DNA from: Oscillospiraceae bacterium
Lineage (GTDB): Bacteria; Bacillota; Clostridia; Oscillospirales; Ruminococcaceae
DNA length: 64,000 bases
Assembly (NCBI GenBank): GCA_050943475.1
Contig: JBMNPF010000007.1
Span: 41,523 to 105,522 of the forward strand
Direction of reading: 5' to 3'
In this document: positions 53,822 to 62,833 of the stretch, in pieces
Position numbering within the stretch: position 1 is the stretch's first letter
Layout of the letters: the number at the start of each line of letters is the position of its first letter
Program-made: the position numbers and the translations under genes
The notes under the pieces: generated by a model
The model's database searches: none
Seen by the model: the letters and a program-made list of their open reading frames with translations, nothing else
Told to the model about the DNA's origin: nothing

Positions 53822-54685
53822 ATGAACCAGAAACAATCGCTGGTTGCGGCAATCCATGATCTTTCCGGTTTCGGCCGGTGCTCCCTTTCCGTCATCCTGC
53901 CCTGCCTTTCGGCAATGGGGATTCAGGTGTGTGCAGTGCCAACGGCGGTGCTGTCCTCCCATACCGGCGGGCTGGGGGAGGTGGAATTCCGCGATCTTAC
54001 CGATTATATCTGCCCCGCGCTCGAACACTACAAGCGGCTTGACCTTTCGTTTGACTGTGTTTACAGCGGCTTTTTGGGCTCGGTGGAGCAGATTGACCAT
54101 TGCCTTGCCTTTCTTGCGGCTTACCCAGAGGCGTTTAAGGTGGTGGATCCGGTCATGGGCGACCACGGCAAGGCCTACCGCACCTGCACCGGCGAAATCC
54201 GCGCACGCATGGCGGAGCTTGTTTCCAAAGCGGATTTGATTACCCCCAACACCACCGAAGCATCTATGCTTTTGGGCGAACCCTTTCCCACTGCTCCCAT
54301 GACGCAGGGAATGGCGAAATCCTGGCTGCTGCGCCTGTGTAAGCTGGGGCCGAAGTATGTGCTGATCACCGGCGCCGAAATGGCGGACGGCGAGATTGCG
54401 AACATCGGCTATGACAGTGAGCGCAGTGCGTTCTGGCGTGTGGACTGTGATTACGTTCCCGCAAGCTATCCCGGCACTGGCGACATTTACGCCAGCGTCA
54501 TTGTCGGCTCGCTCCTTTCCGGAGACAGCCTGCCGATTGCGATGGAACGCGCCACCCGCTTTCTGGAGCTTGTCATCAAGACGACTTTCAGCTATGGGAC
54601 CGACACACGGTATGGGGTAATGCTCGAACGCAATCTTGCTTGGCTGACCCAGCTTCATTCGCTGAAGGGGTATCATTTAATGTAG
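53822..54685 (+). CDS. pdxK: Pyridoxal/pyridoxamine kinase (ribokinase family)
   Basis: DPVMGDHG and C-terminal GTGD anion-hole motifs. Confidence 0.85.
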   Translation: MNQKQSLVAAIHDLSGFGRCSLSVILPCLSAMGIQVCAVPTAVLSSHTGGLGEVEFRDLTDYICPALEHYKRLDLSFDCVYSGFLGSVEQIDHCLAFLAAYPEAFKVVDPVMGDHGKAYRTCTGEIRARMAELVSKADLITPNTTEASMLLGEPFPTAPMTQGMAKSWLLRLCKLGPKYVLITGAEMADGEIANIGYDSERSAFWRVDCDYVPASYPGTGDIYASVIVGSLLSGDSLPIAMERATRFLELVIKTTFSYGTDTRYGVMLERNLAWLTQLHSLKGYHLM

Positions 54686-54698
54686 GAGAGGATTCCCA

Positions 54699-55277
54699 GT
54701 GAACAGTTCCAAGAAATTTACCCTGTACGACATTGTTGTTGTCGGCGTCATGGCCGCAATCGTTTTTGCGCTGACCTATTTTATCCGTATTGAAATTCCA
54801 ACCCCGGCAGGACCCACCAACCTGAAGCTCGCAAATGCCTTTATCCTGCTGGCGGGCATGTTGTTCGGCGGCCTGCGCGGCGGCCTTGCGGGCGGTATTG
54901 GTTCCATGATTTTTGACCTTATTAACCCGGCGTATATTACGTCTGCACCGTTTACCCTCATTTTCTTCTTTATGATGGGCTTTGTCTGCGGCGTTGTTTC
55001 CGGCATCGGCGAGAAAAAAGGAAACCAGCCGCTTTGGAATGTCATTGGCGGCATTGCGGGTGCCGCAACCTATTTTGTGCTCCACATCGGCAAGAGCATT
55101 ATTGAACTGGTGCTTGCTGGAAGCGACTTTGGCGCGGCGCTTGTAGCCTGCTCCACCAAAATGGTGACATCCGGCATTAATATCGTTACCGGCGTTGTCA
55201 TTGCCGCCCTGCTGGCACCAGTACTTAAAATGGCGGTTGTCCGCACCGGCGTCTACCAGAAAATGGCGCATAAATAA
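54699..55277 (+). CDS. ECF transporter S component (probably vitamin B6-specific)
   Basis: Six-TM protein of about 190 aa with a Gly-rich S-component pattern. Adjacent to pdxK. GTG start. Confidence 0.7.
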   Translation: MNSSKKFTLYDIVVVGVMAAIVFALTYFIRIEIPTPAGPTNLKLANAFILLAGMLFGGLRGGLAGGIGSMIFDLINPAYITSAPFTLIFFFMMGFVCGVVSGIGEKKGNQPLWNVIGGIAGAATYFVLHIGKSIIELVLAGSDFGAALVACSTKMVTSGINIVTGVVIAALLAPVLKMAVVRTGVYQKMAHK

Positions 55278-55287
55278 AAAGTGGTTT

Positions 55288-55322
55288 AAAAAACCGCCGC
55301 AGATGATTCTGCGGCGGTTTTT
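55288..55322. terminator. Bidirectional terminator
   Basis: AAAAACCGCCGCAG-ATGATT-CTGCGGCGGTTTTT. Confidence 0.85.
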
Positions 55323-55323
55323 G

Positions 55324-56562
55324 TTATTTGAACATTAAAACAGGATGAAGAAAATCATTGTTTTGCAAGACAGCGTCGGCCTGTTCCACGGGTTTCCATT
55401 CGGCAATGTATTTTTGCTGGACGGGGATATACTTCCGCTTGTACTTTTCTAAAAAAGAAGAACCGTATTTCGGCAGGTCCCGGATGGCCGCCCGTCTCAG
55501 GACCTCATCAAAACCAATTTCCAGAAAAATGCGATAATCCAGATGCTGGACGAGGGGCTCGCGGAACAATAGGACGCCTTCCAGCAAAACGATGGTACCG
55601 TTGTCAATTTGGTAGTGCCGCTCGTTTTCGTAACGGTCGGTCTCCAGATTCAGGCAGCGAACGGTTTTGTGAAGGAATCCGTCCCGTTTCAGCGGGATAA
55701 TCACTTCTTCCAGCAATCGTGGGATATTGAATGCATGCTGGTAATATGCGTCGATTTCATCATCACCGGCCGTCCGGATATGGGACGGGTTGTGGTAATC
55801 GTCCAGATGGAGTACCAGGCAGGAAACACCCTTTGCGGACAAATACCGGGCAAAATTTGCGGCGAATGTTGTCTTGCCGGAGGTGTCCACACCGTTGATG
55901 CCTACAACCCGGGCGTTCTTGTTCCGTATGCCCTCCCATAACCGCTGGTAAAGTTGGCACAGGGAAATTTGACATTCCATTTCTTCCACATCGCTGGCGG
56001 TAAAGGTGGCAAGGGAAGCCTCCTGACCGCCATAACCATAGACTGCTGCGACCGACGGGATGCGGTTTTCTGCAGCCGCCTTAAAGTCCGAGACGGTGTC
56101 GCCGATTACGACACAACTACTGCCATACCGCTCCGCCATTTTTTGAACCGCCGCCGTTTTGGACGGGAAGTGTCTCGCACTCATGAGACAATCGAAATAA
56201 GGGCGTATCCCCGTTTTATCGAGCACAAGCCGGATATATTCCGTGCTACCGTTTGAACAGATGCACAGCCGGTGTCCCTGCCGGCGCAGCCTTCCCAGAA
56301 GCTGCGGAATGCCGGGGTAAAGCCCATCAGCTTGTATGGCGCCGTGTTCCAGCTCCCGTAAACGCTGTTTGAACTCCTTGTGCCCGGTTAAATGGGGGAA
56401 AAGATATGAAATAATGGCGTCTGACGTTTTGCCAATCTGCTGTAGGACTGTTGATTCCGGTGGAACAGGCTGCTCAAATTCTTTTGCCGTCTGTTTCAGA
56501 GCGGCATAAAAGGATGTTCCGGTTTGGTACAGAGTTCCATCTAGGTCAAAAATAAGCGTCAA
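55324..56562 (-). CDS. HAD-superfamily hydrolase fused to a P-loop nucleoside/uridine-kinase-like domain
   Basis: N-terminal FDLDGTLY and C-terminal Walker A GVDTSGKTT. TTG start 6 nt after GGAGGG. Confidence 0.75.
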   Translation of the reverse strand: MTLIFDLDGTLYQTGTSFYAALKQTAKEFEQPVPPESTVLQQIGKTSDAIISYLFPHLTGHKEFKQRLRELEHGAIQADGLYPGIPQLLGRLRRQGHRLCICSNGSTEYIRLVLDKTGIRPYFDCLMSARHFPSKTAAVQKMAERYGSSCVVIGDTVSDFKAAAENRIPSVAAVYGYGGQEASLATFTASDVEEMECQISLCQLYQRLWEGIRNKNARVVGINGVDTSGKTTFAANFARYLSAKGVSCLVLHLDDYHNPSHIRTAGDDEIDAYYQHAFNIPRLLEEVIIPLKRDGFLHKTVRCLNLETDRYENERHYQIDNGTIVLLEGVLLFREPLVQHLDYRIFLEIGFDEVLRRAAIRDLPKYGSSFLEKYKRKYIPVQQKYIAEWKPVEQADAVLQNNDFLHPVLMFK

Positions 56563-56713
56563 AGCTGTCCCTCCTTTTTTGGCGTTTTGTTCTTATGATA
56601 CCACGTGCAGGCCGCAGGCCTGCATCGTAAACGAAAAACGCTTTCCATTCTTCGTAAGTGATACGATGTTCTCGTCGCGGCCAAAATCTTTGATTTTGGA
56701 CACCGCAGAAATT

Positions 56714-56838
56714 ATTATACCATGAACGGCGCGCAAGCGTCCACAACAAGACCGTGCATAGGCATGGCTTTTTGTATGGTGCAGTGTCCACTCAGCCGTC
56801 CGGAATCCTGCTTTAGCGTGCGACATGAGAATATTATA
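56714..56838 (-). repeat. Conserved non-coding block, copy B
   Basis: The reverse complement aligns with 36935-37057. It begins at a TATAAT and ends at TGGTATAAT. Confidence 0.7.
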
Positions 56839-57083
56839 CGATGGAATGTTATAATCGGCGAAGCATTGTCTTGAGGGGGAGGTTCATCTGCAATCCTTTG
56901 TCTGGCCACTTGGAAAATCAAGTACGGATAAAACGTAGGAATATCGCCTGGTAAAGCAATCCCCGGAAAACAAGATCCGGTCTTTTGAAAGCGGACGAAT
57001 GGAATCCTGCGCCGTTCCTTGTATTTTTGTCCGAAATATGGTTTAATGGAGGTAACAAACCATCGGAAAAAGGGAAATGAACA

Positions 57084-58244
57084 ATGGATATTATCAATGC
57101 AAAAATTATGACCATGGAAGAGGTCGATTATGAAAACGGGTATGTCACCGTGCGGGATGGCGTAATTGCTTCGGTCGGCGATATGGCCGGTTATACGCCG
57201 TCCGGCGGGGAAGCGGTTGACGCCGCCGGGGCGCTGCTGCTGCCTGGATTCATCGACGCGCACAGCCATCTCGGTATGTGGGAGGATTCCCTCGGCTTTG
57301 AGGGGGATGACGGCAACGAAGACACCGAGCCGGTCACGCCGCAGCTTCGTGCAATCGACGCGGTCAACCCAATGGACAAGTGCTTCCGGGAGGCGGCTGC
57401 GGCAGGTGTCACCACGGTGCTCACCGGGCCGGGGAGCGCTAATCCCATTGCGGGAAGCTGGTGCGCCGTCAAGACCTGCGGCCGCCGTATCGACGACATG
57501 ATTCTCGACCCGGCCATCGGCATGAAATTTGCGCTTGGGGAGAACCCGAAAAGCGTCTACCACGGCAAAAACCAGACGCCGGTCACCCGGATGGCAACCG
57601 CCGCCCTTATCCGTGAACAGCTCACCAAGGCGCAGCGTTACCTTAACGACAAGCGGCTTGCCGAGCAGAATAGCGAGGATTATGACGAGCCGGAGTTTGA
57701 TATGAAGTGCGAGGCGCTCATCCCGGTGCTGAGCCGTGAGATGAAAGCCATTTTCCACGCCCACCGCGCGGACGATATTTTTACCGCGCTGCGGATTACC
57801 AGAGAGTTTAACCTCGATACAGTGCTCATCCACTGCACCGAGGGCTATCAGATTGCCGACCTGCTCAAGGAAGAGGGGGCAAAGGTGGTGACCGGGCCGT
57901 TCCTGTGCGACCGTTCCAAACCGGAGCTCTCCGGGCTTGACCCCAAAAATCCCGCGCTTTTGTGGGAGGCAGGGGTGGAAATCGCCATCTGCACCGACCA
58001 TCCGGTCACGCCGATCCAGTATCTGCCGCTTTGCGCGGCGATTGCGGCGGCAGAAGGGCTGTCCTACCGCAATGCGATTGCGGCCATCACCAGCGTTCCA
58101 GCAAAGCTGTTTGGTTTGGAGGACCGCGTTGGCTCCATCAAGGCGGGTAAGCAGGCGGATTTGGCGCTGTACCAGAGCGATCCGCTCGGCGTCTGTGCCC
58201 GCCCTACCATGGTTTGGATGAACGGAAAGAAGGTTGTAGGATGA
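57084..58244 (+). CDS. Amidohydrolase family protein
   Basis: PGFIDAHSHLG metal-binding motif. Confidence 0.8.
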   Translation: MDIINAKIMTMEEVDYENGYVTVRDGVIASVGDMAGYTPSGGEAVDAAGALLLPGFIDAHSHLGMWEDSLGFEGDDGNEDTEPVTPQLRAIDAVNPMDKCFREAAAAGVTTVLTGPGSANPIAGSWCAVKTCGRRIDDMILDPAIGMKFALGENPKSVYHGKNQTPVTRMATAALIREQLTKAQRYLNDKRLAEQNSEDYDEPEFDMKCEALIPVLSREMKAIFHAHRADDIFTALRITREFNLDTVLIHCTEGYQIADLLKEEGAKVVTGPFLCDRSKPELSGLDPKNPALLWEAGVEIAICTDHPVTPIQYLPLCAAIAAAEGLSYRNAIAAITSVPAKLFGLEDRVGSIKAGKQADLALYQSDPLGVCARPTMVWMNGKKVVG

Positions 58245-59083
58245 GAGAGCTTGATACGGCGCTGATTGCGCGGGAGGTCCGCCGTCTTTGCATCGAGGCG
58301 AACAAGGTGCTGCCGTGCAGTCTTGCAGACACCATTTCAGCGTTTCAGAAAAGCGAGCGCAACCCGCTTGCCAAGGAAATTTTGGGGGATTTGGAGCGTA
58401 ATCTGGATGCCGCCAAAGAACTGGATATCCCCATTTGTCAGGACACCGGTATGGCGGTTTGCTTCATCGAGGTCGGGCAGGAGGTTCATCTCACCGGGGA
58501 ACCCTTTGAGGATGCGGTCAACCGCGGTGTCCGCGAGGGATATCTGGACGGCCTACTGCGCTGCTCCATTGTAGAAGACCCTCTGCGCCGGGTCAATACC
58601 GGCGATAACACCCCGGCGGTCATCCACACCCGCATTGTGCCGGGGGATAAGGTGCACATTCTGGTGGCGCCAAAGGGCTTTGGCAGTGAGAACATGAGCA
58701 AAAGCAGGATGTTCACCCCCTCTGCCACGCCGGAGGATATTGTCGATTACGTGGTGGACTGCGCCCGTGTTGCCGGGAGCAATCCCTGCCCGCCGATGGT
58801 GGTCGGCGTTGGCATCGGCGGCGATTTTGAGTACTGCGCCACCCTCTCTAAAAAGGCGCTCTGCCGGGATACCGCACTTCGTAACCCCGATCCGTTCTAT
58901 GCGGATCTGGAAGCCAAGATGCTTGCGGGTATCAATGCGCTGGATATTGGCCCGCAGGGCTTCGGCGGGGATACAACCGTCCTCGCCGTCAACATTGAGC
59001 AGTATCCCACCCACATCGCCGGGCTTCCGGTGGCGGTCAACATCGGCTGCCATGTAACTCGGCACGCAGAGGCGGTGCTGTAG
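58241..59083 (+). CDS. Fe-S type hydro-lyase (class I fumarate/tartrate) alpha subunit
   Basis: CQDTGMAV motif; about 280 aa. ATGA overlap with the amidohydrolase gene. Confidence 0.8.
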   Translation: MRELDTALIAREVRRLCIEANKVLPCSLADTISAFQKSERNPLAKEILGDLERNLDAAKELDIPICQDTGMAVCFIEVGQEVHLTGEPFEDAVNRGVREGYLDGLLRCSIVEDPLRRVNTGDNTPAVIHTRIVPGDKVHILVAPKGFGSENMSKSRMFTPSATPEDIVDYVVDCARVAGSNPCPPMVVGVGIGGDFEYCATLSKKALCRDTALRNPDPFYADLEAKMLAGINALDIGPQGFGGDTTVLAVNIEQYPTHIAGLPVAVNIGCHVTRHAEAVL

Positions 59084-59281
59084 CGGCCGCACGCTGTTTG
59101 GCGGCTGTGTCGCCGCTGTTCTGAACAGGTGTGGCCGAAGGGCAGCGGCTGCAAAACATTGCCTTCCGGCGGGTTGTGTGCAGAAGCGCAGGATTGCGCC
59201 TGAATCAGCGAACGGCCTGCCGTCTGGTGGGGATCCATTCCCGCAGACGGTTGGAACCGAATTATTAGAAAGAAGAATGAA

Positions 59282-60388
59282 ATGAAACTGACTTATATTT
59301 GTCCCTGCCATTTTGGCCTTGAGAGCGTCCTTTCCGGGGAAATTAAACGGATGGGCGGTGAAGCAATTTCCGTGACCGACGGCAAGGTTGCCTTTGAGGG
59401 CGGAGAGGAGCTGCTCGCGCGGGCAAACCTCACCCTCCGCACTGCCGAGCGGGTGCTCATCCAGCTCGGCGAGTTCCCGGCCCGCACCTTTGACGAGCTG
59501 TTTGAAGGCACCAAGGCGTTGGGTTTTGAGGACTTCATCGGTGCTGCGGACGCCTTTCCGGTCAAGGGCTACTCCCTCAACTCCCAGCTCAAAAGCGTGC
59601 CGGACTGCCAGAGCATCGTCAAAAAAGCGGCGGTGGAGGCGCTTAAGCGCGCCTACGGTGTGTCCTGGTTCGAGGAAACCGGCCCGACCCATCAAATCCG
59701 CTTTTCAATTTTTAAGGACATCGCTACCATTATGCTGGATACCTCTGGCGTTCCGCTGCACAAGCGCGGCTACCGCCAGCAGTCAAATGAAGCGCCCATT
59801 AAGGAAACCCTTGCCGCCGGTATGCTGGACCTTGCGCGCATCTACCCGGACACCTGCTTCTGCGACCCGTTCTGCGGTTCCGGTACCTTTGTCATTGAGG
59901 CAACGACCAAGGCGCTTAACATCGCGCCGGGGCTTAAGCGCACCTTTGCGGTGGAAAAGTGGGGTTTTCTGAGACCGTCGGTCTTTGAGCAGGAGCGTGC
60001 CCGCGCTTTTGATCTCATCCGCCGGGATGCTTCCTTTGAAGCGTTCGGCATGGACGCCGACGAGCAGGCGGTAGAGCTTACCCGCGCCAATGCCAAAAAG
60101 GCGGGGATTTCTGCCCGTATCCGCCTGAAATGCGCCCCTATTGCGGAATTTACCCCGCCGGGTGAGCGCATCGTTGTGGTTACAAACCCGCCCTATGGCG
60201 AGCGGATGCTGGAAATCAAGCAGGCGCAGGCCATCTACCGCAGCATGGGCGAGCGGTTTATTGGGGACGGGCGTTACTATATCATCTCCCCGGATGAAGA
60301 ATTTGAACGCTATTTCGGGCGGAAGGCGGTTAAGCGCCGCAAGCTCTACAACGGCATGCTCCGCTGCCAGTACTATATGTACTATTAA
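59282..60388 (+). CDS. THUMP-domain class I SAM-dependent RNA methyltransferase
   Basis: NPPYGERM motif, THUMP-like N-terminus and GSGTF SAM motif. Confidence 0.85.
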   Translation: MKLTYICPCHFGLESVLSGEIKRMGGEAISVTDGKVAFEGGEELLARANLTLRTAERVLIQLGEFPARTFDELFEGTKALGFEDFIGAADAFPVKGYSLNSQLKSVPDCQSIVKKAAVEALKRAYGVSWFEETGPTHQIRFSIFKDIATIMLDTSGVPLHKRGYRQQSNEAPIKETLAAGMLDLARIYPDTCFCDPFCGSGTFVIEATTKALNIAPGLKRTFAVEKWGFLRPSVFEQERARAFDLIRRDASFEAFGMDADEQAVELTRANAKKAGISARIRLKCAPIAEFTPPGERIVVVTNPPYGERMLEIKQAQAIYRSMGERFIGDGRYYIISPDEEFERYFGRKAVKRRKLYNGMLRCQYYMYY

Positions 60389-60418
60389 CCGTTGGATTCG
60401 AGTTCGTTTCGGGAAATG

Positions 60419-60447
60419 TTGACAATTTGTGACGAATGTGTTATTAT
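60419..60447 (+). promoter_or_regulatory. thiT promoter
   Basis: TTGACA-17 nt-TATTAT with TG extension. Confidence 0.65.
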
Positions 60448-60454
60448 TTTAACG

Positions 60455-60550
60455 TAATCGGGGGCGCTGCATGAAATTGCGGCTGAGAGATGGCATAAAA
60501 TCGGCCTGAGTCCCTTTGACCTGATATGGATAATGCCATCGTAGGAAAGA
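60455..60550 (+). promoter_or_regulatory. TPP (THI-box) riboswitch aptamer
   Basis: GGGGCGC...GCTGAGA...CCCTTTGACCTGATATGGATAATGCCATCGTAGGAAAG matches the THI-box consensus. Confidence 0.92.
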
Positions 60551-60583
60551 TTTACGTTTCACAATTCGTAAAATCAATCTGTG

Positions 60584-60611
60584 ACCGCATGGCTTGCCAT
60601 GCGGTTTTTTC
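60584..60611 (+). terminator. Riboswitch expression-platform terminator
   Basis: ACCGCATGG-CTTG-CCATGCGGT followed by TTTTT. Confidence 0.8.
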
Positions 60612-60654
60612 GTTGGTGTGTCCTGACTTTTTTAAAAAGAAAGGAAAATGCACA

Positions 60655-61302
60655 ATGAATCCGAAAACCCGCAGACTCACAGAAAGCGCGCTTCTCATCG
60701 CACTTGGCACCGTGCTCGCGCTGCTCACCAACTATCTCCCGTTTCTGAACCTCCCGTACGGTGGTTCCATCACCATTTTTTCAATGGTGCCGCTCATCAT
60801 CCTGGCTTTCCGCTACGGCATCCGCTGGGGCTTTTTCTCCGGCATTGTCTTTGGCGTACTGCAAATGGCCATTGGCGCCACGACTGGTGTTTTTGCCGGC
60901 GCGGAGCTTTATGTCGTCGTCTTTTCCATCCTGCTGGATTACCTTGTTGCCTATGCGGTGATTGGCCTTGCGCCGATGTTTAAAAACCGCATCTCCAATC
61001 CTTTCCTTGCGGTTGGCGCTGGCACCTTTATGGCTTGTCTGCTCCGCTATGTCGTCCATGTTCTTTCGGGCGCCATTCTCTTTGGTTCCTATGCGGAATG
61101 GTATTTTACCGAAGGCGGTTTCCCCACCGACATGGGTGCGTCTATTCTCGGTTCCTTCTCTGGCACGGCGTTGTCCTGGGTGTACTCGGTTATCTACAAC
61201 GCCATGTATATGGTGCCGGAAACCATCATCACCGTTGTCGGTGCGATGCTCATTATGGCGGTTCCCGCTATCCGCGGCAAAGCGTTTGACAAAGCGGCAT
61301 AA
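60655..61302 (+). CDS. thiT: Thiamine ECF transporter S component ThiT
   Basis: Six-TM protein directly behind the TPP riboswitch, with a ThiT-like sequence (GGSIT...MVPLI). Confidence 0.85.
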   Translation: MNPKTRRLTESALLIALGTVLALLTNYLPFLNLPYGGSITIFSMVPLIILAFRYGIRWGFFSGIVFGVLQMAIGATTGVFAGAELYVVVFSILLDYLVAYAVIGLAPMFKNRISNPFLAVGAGTFMACLLRYVVHVLSGAILFGSYAEWYFTEGGFPTDMGASILGSFSGTALSWVYSVIYNAMYMVPETIITVVGAMLIMAVPAIRGKAFDKAA

Positions 61303-61318
61303 AACCGGAATATGCAAT

Positions 61319-61348
61319 AAAAAAGAAGCCCCTATGGGCTTCTTTTTT
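61319..61348. terminator. Bidirectional terminator between thiT and vat
   Basis: AAAAAAGAAGCCC-CTAT-GGGCTTCTTTTTT. Confidence 0.85.
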
Positions 61349-62003
61349 ATTGGCGGGAAAGCGCATGCCGAACCTGTTCCAGGTCGTTGCTGCACAAGAG
61401 TGGTAAAAATTCGGCCAGCCGCTCCGGGGGTAAATCCCACCAGCGGAACGCAAGCAAAAGGTGAATGAGGTCATCGTCAAAACGCTTGCGGATTGGTTTT
61501 GCCGGATTCCCGCCGACGATGGTATAGGGTTCTACATCCCGCGCGACCACCGAACGTGCGGCGATAATGGCTCCGTCTCCAATGTGAACGCCCGGCAGAA
61601 TCAGGCATTCCCGGCCGAACCATACGTCGTTCCCAACAACAGTGTCCCCTTTGCGGGGCAGCTGATCCATATGCGCCGGAACCCGCTCAGCCCAGGCACC
61701 GCCGAAAACGGCAAAGGGATAGGTGCTCACACTGTCCATCCGGTGGTTGGCGCTGCCCATGAGGAATCGGGTGCCGGCTGCAATGGAACAGAATTTGCCA
61801 ATGATGAGCCGGTCGCCGAAATCCGGCCAATTAAACAGGACATTGTTCTGTTCAAAGGCGGTGGGGTCGCCGGCAGGATCATCATAGTAGGTGTAATCCC
61901 CAATCAGGAGATTGGGAGCTGTGACAACGTTTTTGATATAGCATGAGGTTTTATACTCGTTTGGGTAAATTGCATCCGGATTTGGGATGGGTTTTATCTG
62001 CAT
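61347..62003 (-). CDS. vat: Vat-family streptogramin A O-acetyltransferase (xenobiotic acetyltransferase)
   Basis: Long collinear similarity to VatD as I recall it: IGKFCSI...GSANHRMD..STYPF, LPRKGDTVVGNDVW, PGVHIGDGAII and GGNPAKPIRKRF. Confidence 0.85.
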   Translation of the reverse strand: MQIKPIPNPDAIYPNEYKTSCYIKNVVTAPNLLIGDYTYYDDPAGDPTAFEQNNVLFNWPDFGDRLIIGKFCSIAAGTRFLMGSANHRMDSVSTYPFAVFGGAWAERVPAHMDQLPRKGDTVVGNDVWFGRECLILPGVHIGDGAIIAARSVVARDVEPYTIVGGNPAKPIRKRFDDDLIHLLLAFRWWDLPPERLAEFLPLLCSNDLEQVRHALSRQ

Positions 62004-62382
62004 GGTGTTTCCTCCTTTTATTGCATCATCTCCTTTCGCAACATTCTGCGGCAGCGACTGCCCTCTTCAAACGGATTGCTTTCATTTTGCTGTTTCCCCC
62101 ATCAAGATGAATGAACTTTATTATAGCATAAAATTGGCGGCAGATCAGCTCTGACTGTGTATCTGTCTTTCGGGAGGATGGACGAAACATACCGGCGACG
62201 GACAGCGTGAGTTGAAACAGGCGTTTGTGTGAACTTCCGGCAGCCTGACGCAGCGGGGGAATCCGTGCGGGATGCCGGTGCCGCACTTGTCTGCCGTTTG
62301 AAACGGAGCTGTTTTTGTCAGGATGCACGAAAAATCCCGCCCCGGTTTTGGATTTTTTCGTCGGAAAAAACTTGTTTTTGCC

Positions 62383-62412
62383 TTGACAGCCTCTATACGG
62401 GTATAGTATAAT
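62383..62412 (+). promoter_or_regulatory. ylxM-ffh promoter
   Basis: TTGACA-18 nt-TATAAT. Confidence 0.6.
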
Positions 62413-62455
62413 AGCAACTGTAAAGAAAAACACTTTACATGCAGGTGGTGAAACA

Positions 62456-62833
62456 ATGAAGGGCAAGGATTTGAATATTGCGCTGCTGTTCGACTTCTAT
62501 GGTGAAATGCTCACCGACAAACAGAAGGACGTCATCGACCTGTATTACAACGAGGACCTTTCCCTTGCGGAAATTGCCGAGCATGAAGGCATTTCCCGCC
62601 AGGGTGTGCGGGACAACATCAAGCGCGGGGAATCCTACCTGCTGGAGCTTGAGGAAAAACTGCATTTTGTAGAAAATGACCGCGCCCTGCGCCGGATGCT
62701 CTCTGAGGTAAACGAGCTTGCAGGCGCCATTTATACGGTCAACGATAAATATGTTTACGACAATCGCATTAAGGAGCTTTCGCTCCAGATATGCAAACTT
62801 GTGGAACGCTACGGGGAAGAGGAGGAGAGCTGA
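62456..62833 (+). CDS. ylxM: YlxM (UPF0122) putative DNA-binding protein
   Basis: [34 protein letters not shown]. Lies directly upstream of ffh. Confidence 0.9.
   Translation: MKGKDLNIALLFDFYGEMLTDKQKDVIDLYYNEDLSLAEIAEHEGISRQGVRDNIKRGESYLLELEEKLHFVENDRALRRMLSEVNELAGAIYTVNDKYVYDNRIKELSLQICKLVERYGEEEES

Noticed and set aside
59084-59281. Degraded fumarate hydratase beta-subunit pseudogene after the alpha gene
   Set aside because: At 198 nt it is too short, and hand translation of all three forward frames gave nothing beta-like.
62013-62027. Three-codon ORF ATG-ATG-CAA-TAA between the leader ORF stop and the vat RBS
   Set aside because: It is too short to evaluate, overlaps the leader stop, and is probably coincidental.
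62225-62260. SRP RNA domain IV-like string GCGTCAGGCTGCCGGAAG (minus strand) next to ffh
   Set aside because: The flanks cannot form the conserved helix 8 with a GGAA tetraloop, and the GGAAGCAGC strand is missing.
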